Assembly: GCA_038207335.1 (NCBI GenBank)
Contig: JBBQZX010000002.1
Span: 192,001 to 256,000 of the forward strand
Direction of reading: 5' to 3'
DNA: 64,000 nucleotides
Origin: Chthoniobacterales bacterium
GTDB taxonomy: Bacteria; Verrucomicrobiota; Verrucomicrobiia; Chthoniobacterales; Chthoniobacteraceae
Shown here: positions 61,629-64,000 of the stretch, in pieces
Layout of the letters: every line of letters begins with the position of its first letter
Numbering within the stretch: the first letter of the stretch is position 1
Made by a program: the position numbers and the translations under genes
Notes under the pieces: model-generated
Told to the model about the DNA's origin: nothing
The model's input: only the letters and a program-made list of their open reading frames with translations
Databases searched by the model: none

Positions 61629-63341
61629 TCAAAATGTCAGCGCCCAAATGGCCTTGGCTACTTTTGCCATGTCAGCCTGTCGCTTTGCGATTGTCTCCTC
61701 GGTCCAGTCAGTGAATTGGCACAAATCATTTGAGGTTCGATATTGGGATTGGGCATACACAGTCTGTTTTTGAGCAAAAGCCGCGTTGCCCGCTTCCTGC
61801 CCATTCAAACTCCGTTCCAACAAAGCGTAATTTCCAATACGTTCGTAACTACGGTCGTGAGCTTCGGCGGTAAAATGTTCCCATCCAGCTTCGCCGGGAT
61901 TCTCAGGCAGGATGTGCTCCACAGTAGCGGTCATGCTTTCGTCGGTGATGTCCGCTCCGCTCAACTGCTTCTCGATCTTAGCCAACATGTAGCGCAAGCG
62001 TTTTCCGGATATGCTGCGGTTCCGGAGTCTGAGGGCAGCGAAATCCGCCTCGAATTCCTCGTCCGGAATGTAGATCGGCCGCAATGCCTGACGAACCGCC
62101 ACGAGAGTTGTGGCGGTGCCACGTCGGACTTCCAACGCAGCGCGATTGTAGATCTCCTCAAGGATGTGTGTGCTTCGCCGACTCACTCCATTAAACCTCA
62201 CCGACAATAACGCGCAGTAGCGAAGTATCTCCACCAAGTCCTTTGGGGCGGTGAATGCGCTCTTTGCAGCAAGGACGAGCGGCGTGTATTGCGACACGTT
62301 AAATAGGTTCAGCACTCGCACCTGCTCTTTCGCTCCTTGGTAATCCAACCAGAACTGGCTTGCGTAATCGTTCAAACCCTCGAACCACGCGGCATCTTCC
62401 TCCAGTTGGTCGAGGAGCGCAAAGACATGCTCCAGCGTGGTCACATCACCTTTGATGGTTTTGAAGAGTTGCTTCTGCCGGACGTATTCGCGTTGTGAGT
62501 TGAGATGGTGCCGCAGGAACTCGGGAAAGCTCGCGATGCCCACGGCTCGAGTGATGCGCGCCCACTGCCGAAGCACCGGATCCATCTGCGATTTGCTAAG
62601 GCGGTCCGCAAGCGACAAGAGATAGTTTTTGAGCAGGTCGGTTTCCGTCAACTCCAGACCCTGCGCGTTCAACGTCTCAAACACAGTGTATGCACTCAAC
62701 TGGTCCTGCACGCGCACGCTAATGAAAACCAGACGCTCAGTGACAATCTCGCTTACGAACGCGGCAACCCGCTCGCCCTTCTTCTTTTCAGAAAACTTTT
62801 CCTGAACCTTACCCTTGAAGAACTGAAAGCATCCCCAAAGCAACCTCTCAGAATCCCGCAACCCACGGACCCCGCCTTGGGGCGGCTTGCGCTGTGCGAG
62901 ATTCAATTGAAAAAAGTCGTCGTCGTTCGCGTTGAGCTTGAGCTTGGGAGTGATGCGCAGGCTGGTCGGGTCTTTTGCGCCAAGATAGCTGCTTTCCAAA
63001 AGTGTGGCGCGCTCTCCGTTGGCGTCCGCGTCCACCCCCTCGTTGGCAAGCCCGTAGAGATAATCCACGCATGCCAGAATCAAGATGCTCAGGGTTGCCA
63101 TTCGCTGCTGGCCGTCAATCACCCGAAATTGCTTCCGTTCCCCGCTCTCCACCACAATGGCACCCATGTAGTGGTCTTCACGATTGGCTTCGAAGGTGGC
63201 GAGATCTTCCCAAAGATCCTCCCAATGCTCCTGTTTCCACGAATAATCGCGCTGGTAAGGCGGCACGCTATAGCTCTTTCCGTTGCTGAGGAGTTCCTTC
63301 AGGTCTTCCGTGTCCGTGTTCAGTAGAGTGCTGCGGGCCAT
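61629..63341 (-). CDS. GmrSD-family (DUF262 + DUF1524 HNH) restriction endonuclease
   Basis: PPYQRDYSW, IDGQQR, FETLN; EHILP...IGN...LN HNH; visibly more AT-rich than the flanks. Confidence 0.9.
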   Translation of the reverse strand: MARSTLLNTDTEDLKELLSNGKSYSVPPYQRDYSWKQEHWEDLWEDLATFEANREDHYMGAIVVESGERKQFRVIDGQQRMATLSILILACVDYLYGLANEGVDADANGERATLLESSYLGAKDPTSLRITPKLKLNANDDDFFQLNLAQRKPPQGGVRGLRDSERLLWGCFQFFKGKVQEKFSEKKKGERVAAFVSEIVTERLVFISVRVQDQLSAYTVFETLNAQGLELTETDLLKNYLLSLADRLSKSQMDPVLRQWARITRAVGIASFPEFLRHHLNSQREYVRQKQLFKTIKGDVTTLEHVFALLDQLEEDAAWFEGLNDYASQFWLDYQGAKEQVRVLNLFNVSQYTPLVLAAKSAFTAPKDLVEILRYCALLSVRFNGVSRRSTHILEEIYNRAALEVRRGTATTLVAVRQALRPIYIPDEEFEADFAALRLRNRSISGKRLRYMLAKIEKQLSGADITDESMTATVEHILPENPGEAGWEHFTAEAHDRSYERIGNYALLERSLNGQEAGNAAFAQKQTVYAQSQYRTSNDLCQFTDWTEETIAKRQADMAKVAKAIWALTF

Positions 63342-63491
63342 ATGATGAGAAGCTTACTTGGTTCGCGGGAGAAATGACAGTCTCCACCATGCCGGCCAAC
63401 CGTGCGATCGACTCAGCATGGGTGGAGTCGCCCTAGTTTTGGACTCCGCAAATGGACCTATCTTCTCCAGCCCGCCGTGGCGAAACAAATG

Positions 63492-64000
63492 TCAGCGCGG
63501 CTTTGCGGCTTCTGCTGCGAGGTGAACGCTTGGAGTGTGCTGCGCGGCGACCTTTTGGGGAGGATCGGGGAGGGCGCGGGTGGCGGCGGTGGTGGCGATT
63601 TCGGTGAGGAGTTGGCGGATGTTGAAGCCGGAGGCGGTGAAGGATTGGCGGAGATTTTCGAGCGTGTCGGGGCCGTAGGTGCCGATGGCTTGTTTCGCGA
63701 CGTGGTGGAAGAGCTCGTGAATGAAGGCGCGGTGGCCGCCGGGGTTTTCGGCGGCGAATTTCACGAGGTCGCGCGCGCCGGTGAGCCGGATGGTGTCGCC
63801 CTCGTCGGTGGCGAAGTCGGCGACAGGGTTGATCGGTTTGTCGCCTTCCTTGGTGCGCCAGCGGCCGATGGCGTCGTAATTTTCGAGGCTGAAGCCGAGC
63901 GGATTGATCGTGGCGTGGCAGCCCATGCACGATCGGTTTTTCGTCAGCTCAGTGATCTTCTCGCGCATGGAGAGGTGGGCCTCGAATTTCGCGTCGTCGA
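63492..64000 (-). CDS. DUF1592/DUF1588/DUF1585 cytochrome c protein, C-terminal part (start outside the window)
   Basis: SCMGCHATINPLGFSLENYDAIGRWR followed by a PSD2-like helical end. Confidence 0.88.
   Translation of the reverse strand, partial: DDAKFEAHLSMREKITELTKNRSCMGCHATINPLGFSLENYDAIGRWRTKEGDKPINPVADFATDEGDTIRLTGARDLVKFAAENPGGHRAFIHELFHHVAKQAIGTYGPDTLENLRQSFTASGFNIRQLLTEIATTAATRALPDPPQKVAAQHTPSVHLAAEAAKPR

Noticed and set aside
61073..63446. GGACTC at both ends of the GmrSD insert as a target-site duplication
   Set aside because: Only 6 bp, also occurs inside the insert, and is expected by chance

Overview
GC-rich bacterial chromosomal segment, most consistent with Verrucomicrobia/PVC (inferred from the planctomycete-type cytochrome c DUF1592/DUF1552 genes, tandem sulfatases and the porin family). 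Core genes: rplM-rpsI, rpsB-tsf, rpoBC (without rplKAJL upstream), trpF, ychF, an ispB-like prenyl synthase, radC, lpxA, galE and hldA. Accessory modules: an apparently inactive CP-ATP-grasp/alpha-E fusion with its usual partner Anbu about 20 kb away; an uncharacterised sugar/sugar-acid catabolic cluster directly behind tsf; a sulfatase run whose last gene is truncated; a porin-pstSCAB-phoU operon with Pho-box-like repeats and nearby GDPD and S1/P1 nuclease genes; and a GmrSD-type (DUF262/DUF1524) nuclease inserted between a DUF1592 gene and a DUF1552 gene. Non-coding structure read from the sequence: three decayed attC-like repeats around small ORFs (28.1-29.7 kb), a 277-bp MITE-like element after phoU, short-repeat palindromes and a structured rpoB leader. 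I saw no rRNA, tRNA, CRISPR array, transposase or integrase. All calls rest on motif recognition by eye; no searches were run.
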